Shown in pieces: positions 62,202 to 64,000 of a stretch of DNA of 64,000 nt. Under the pieces are notes generated by a model. The model made no database searches, was not told the origin of the DNA, and saw nothing but the letters and a program-made list of their open reading frames with translations. The first letter of the stretch is position 1, and each line of letters starts with the position of its first letter. Source of the stretch: Veleropilina oligotropha. Its lineage: Eukaryota. The stretch is taken from positions 682,001-746,000 of the forward strand of contig JBEUKZ010000019.1 in assembly GCA_048128005.1 (NCBI GenBank), read 5' to 3'. The translations under genes were made by a program, and so were the position numbers.

Positions 62202-64000
62202 CTTGATTAACTTACCCCAGGTTGAAATCCAGGAAGACCGAGTCCGACCCCGATGGTTGCCTTATATGGATCCACGACGGAGTTGTAGTGGATGTTCTTG
62301 ATTAACTTACCCCGGGTTGAAATCCAGGAAGACCGAGTCCGACCCCGATGGTTGCCTTATATGGATCCACGACGGAGTTGTAGTGTATGTTCTTGATTAA
62401 CTTACCCCGGGTTGAAATCCAGGAAGACCGAGTCCGACCCCGATGGTTGCCTTATATGGATCCACGACGGAGTTGTAGTGTATGTTCTTGATTAACTTAC
62501 CCCAGGTTGAAATCCAGGAAGACCGAGTCCGACCCCGATGGTTGCCTTATATGGATCCACGACGGAGTTGTAGTGTATGTTCTTGATTAACTTACCCCGG
62601 GTTGAAATCCAGGAAGACAGAGTCCGACCCCGATGGTTGCCTTATATGGATCCACGACGGAGTTGTAGTGGATGTTCTTGATTAACTTACGCCAGGTTGA
62701 AATCCAGGAAGACCGAGTCCGACCCCGATGGTTGCCTTATATGGATCCACGACGGAGTTGTAGTGGATGTTCTTGATTAACTTACGCCAGGTTGAAATCC
62801 AGGAAGACCGAGTCCGACCCCGATGGTTGCCTTATATGGATCCACGACGGAGTTGTAGTGGATGTTCTTGATTAACTTACGCCAGGTTGAAATCCAGGAA
62901 GACCGAGTCCGACCCCGATGGTTGCCTTATATGGATCCACGACGGAGTTGTAGTGTATGTTCTTGATTAACTTACCCCGGGTAGAAATCCAGGAAGACCG
63001 AGTCCGACCCCGATGGTTGCCTTATATGGATCCACGACGGAGTTGTAGTGTATGTTCTTGATTAACTTACCCCGGGTTGAAATCCAGGAAGCCCGAGTCC
63101 GACCCCGATGGTTGCCTTATATGGATCCACGACGGAGTTGTAGTGGATGTTCTTGATTAACTTACCCCGGGTTGAAATCCAGGAAGACCGAGTCCGACCC
63201 CGATGGTTGCCTTATATGGATCCACGACGGAGTTGTAGTGGATGTTCTTGATTAACTTACGCCAGGTTGAAATCCAGGAAGACCGAGTCCGACCCCGATG
63301 GTTGCCTTATATGGATCCACGACGGAGTTGTAGTGGATGTTCTTGATTAACTTACGCCAGGTTGAAATCCAGGAAGACCGAGTCCGACCCCGATGGTTGC
63401 CTTATATGGATCCACGACGGAGTTGTAGTGTATGTTCTTGATTAACTTACCCCAGGTTGAAATCCAGGAAGACCGAGTCCGACCCCGATGGTTGCCTTAT
63501 ATGGATCCACGACGGAGTTGTAGTGGATGTTCTTGATTAACTTACCCCAGGTTGAAATCCAGGAAGACCGAGTCCGACCCCGATGGTTGCCTTATATGGA
63601 TCCACGACGGAGTTGTAGTGTATGTTCTTGATTAACTTACCCCAGGTTGAAATCCAGGAAGACCGAGTCCGACCCCGATGGTTGCCTTATATGGATCCAC
63701 GACGGAGTTGTAGTGTATGTTCTTACCCCGGGTTGAAATCCAGGAAGACCGAGTCCGACCCCGATGGTTGCCTTATATGGATCCACGACGGAGTTGTAGT
63801 GGATGTTCTTGATTAACTTACCCCAGGTTGAAATCCAGGAAGACCGAGTCCGACCCCGATGGTTGCCTTATATGGATCCACGACGGAGTTGTAGTGTATG
63901 TTCTTACCCCGGGTTGAAATCCAGGAAGACCGAGTCCGACCCCGATGGTTGCCTTATATGGATCCACGACGGAGTTGTAGTGGATGTTCTTGATTAACTT
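62202..64000 (-). repeat. OTUD5: 95-bp tandem array (at least 19 copies) of an OTUD5 exon 3' end plus splice donor
   Basis: Each unit is [27 protein letters not shown] (81 nt) plus gtaagttaatcaag; two units are 86 bp; the array runs off the window. Confidence 0.95.

Noticed and set aside
63622..63997. Plus-strand 64-aa ORFs in the terminal array
   Set aside because: Antisense to the OTUD5-derived frame and created by the repeat

Overview
AT-rich, repeat-dense animal genomic DNA, probably a lophotrochozoan such as a mollusc (inferred from the repeat families only). Three spliced host genes can be rebuilt by hand. (1) EEF1AKMT2/METTL10: minus strand, four 5' coding exons between 18386 and 930, 3' end outside the window. 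(2) RAB7: plus strand, complete 205-aa CDS in four exons, 24064-42257, head-to-head with METTL10. (3) The 3' half of OTUD5: minus strand, 53057 to >64000, tail-to-tail with RAB7. Introns hold a structurally complete 7.46-kb DIRS1 retrotransposon, a 14.4-kb satellite with three LINE insertions, Penelope remnants with hammerhead ribozymes (one with a swapped G3-C8 core), a Ginger1-type MITE, hAT elements with 5-bp TSDs, tRNA-SINEs and Helentron-associated elements. The most unusual signal is that two OTUD5 exon ends plus their 5' splice sites have each been tandemly amplified into the intron. One array has at least 19 copies of a 95-bp unit: 27 codons including the catalytic His motif plus a 14-nt GT..AG spacer, and all three recurrent variants are synonymous. 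All calls come from reading the sequence; no searches were run.
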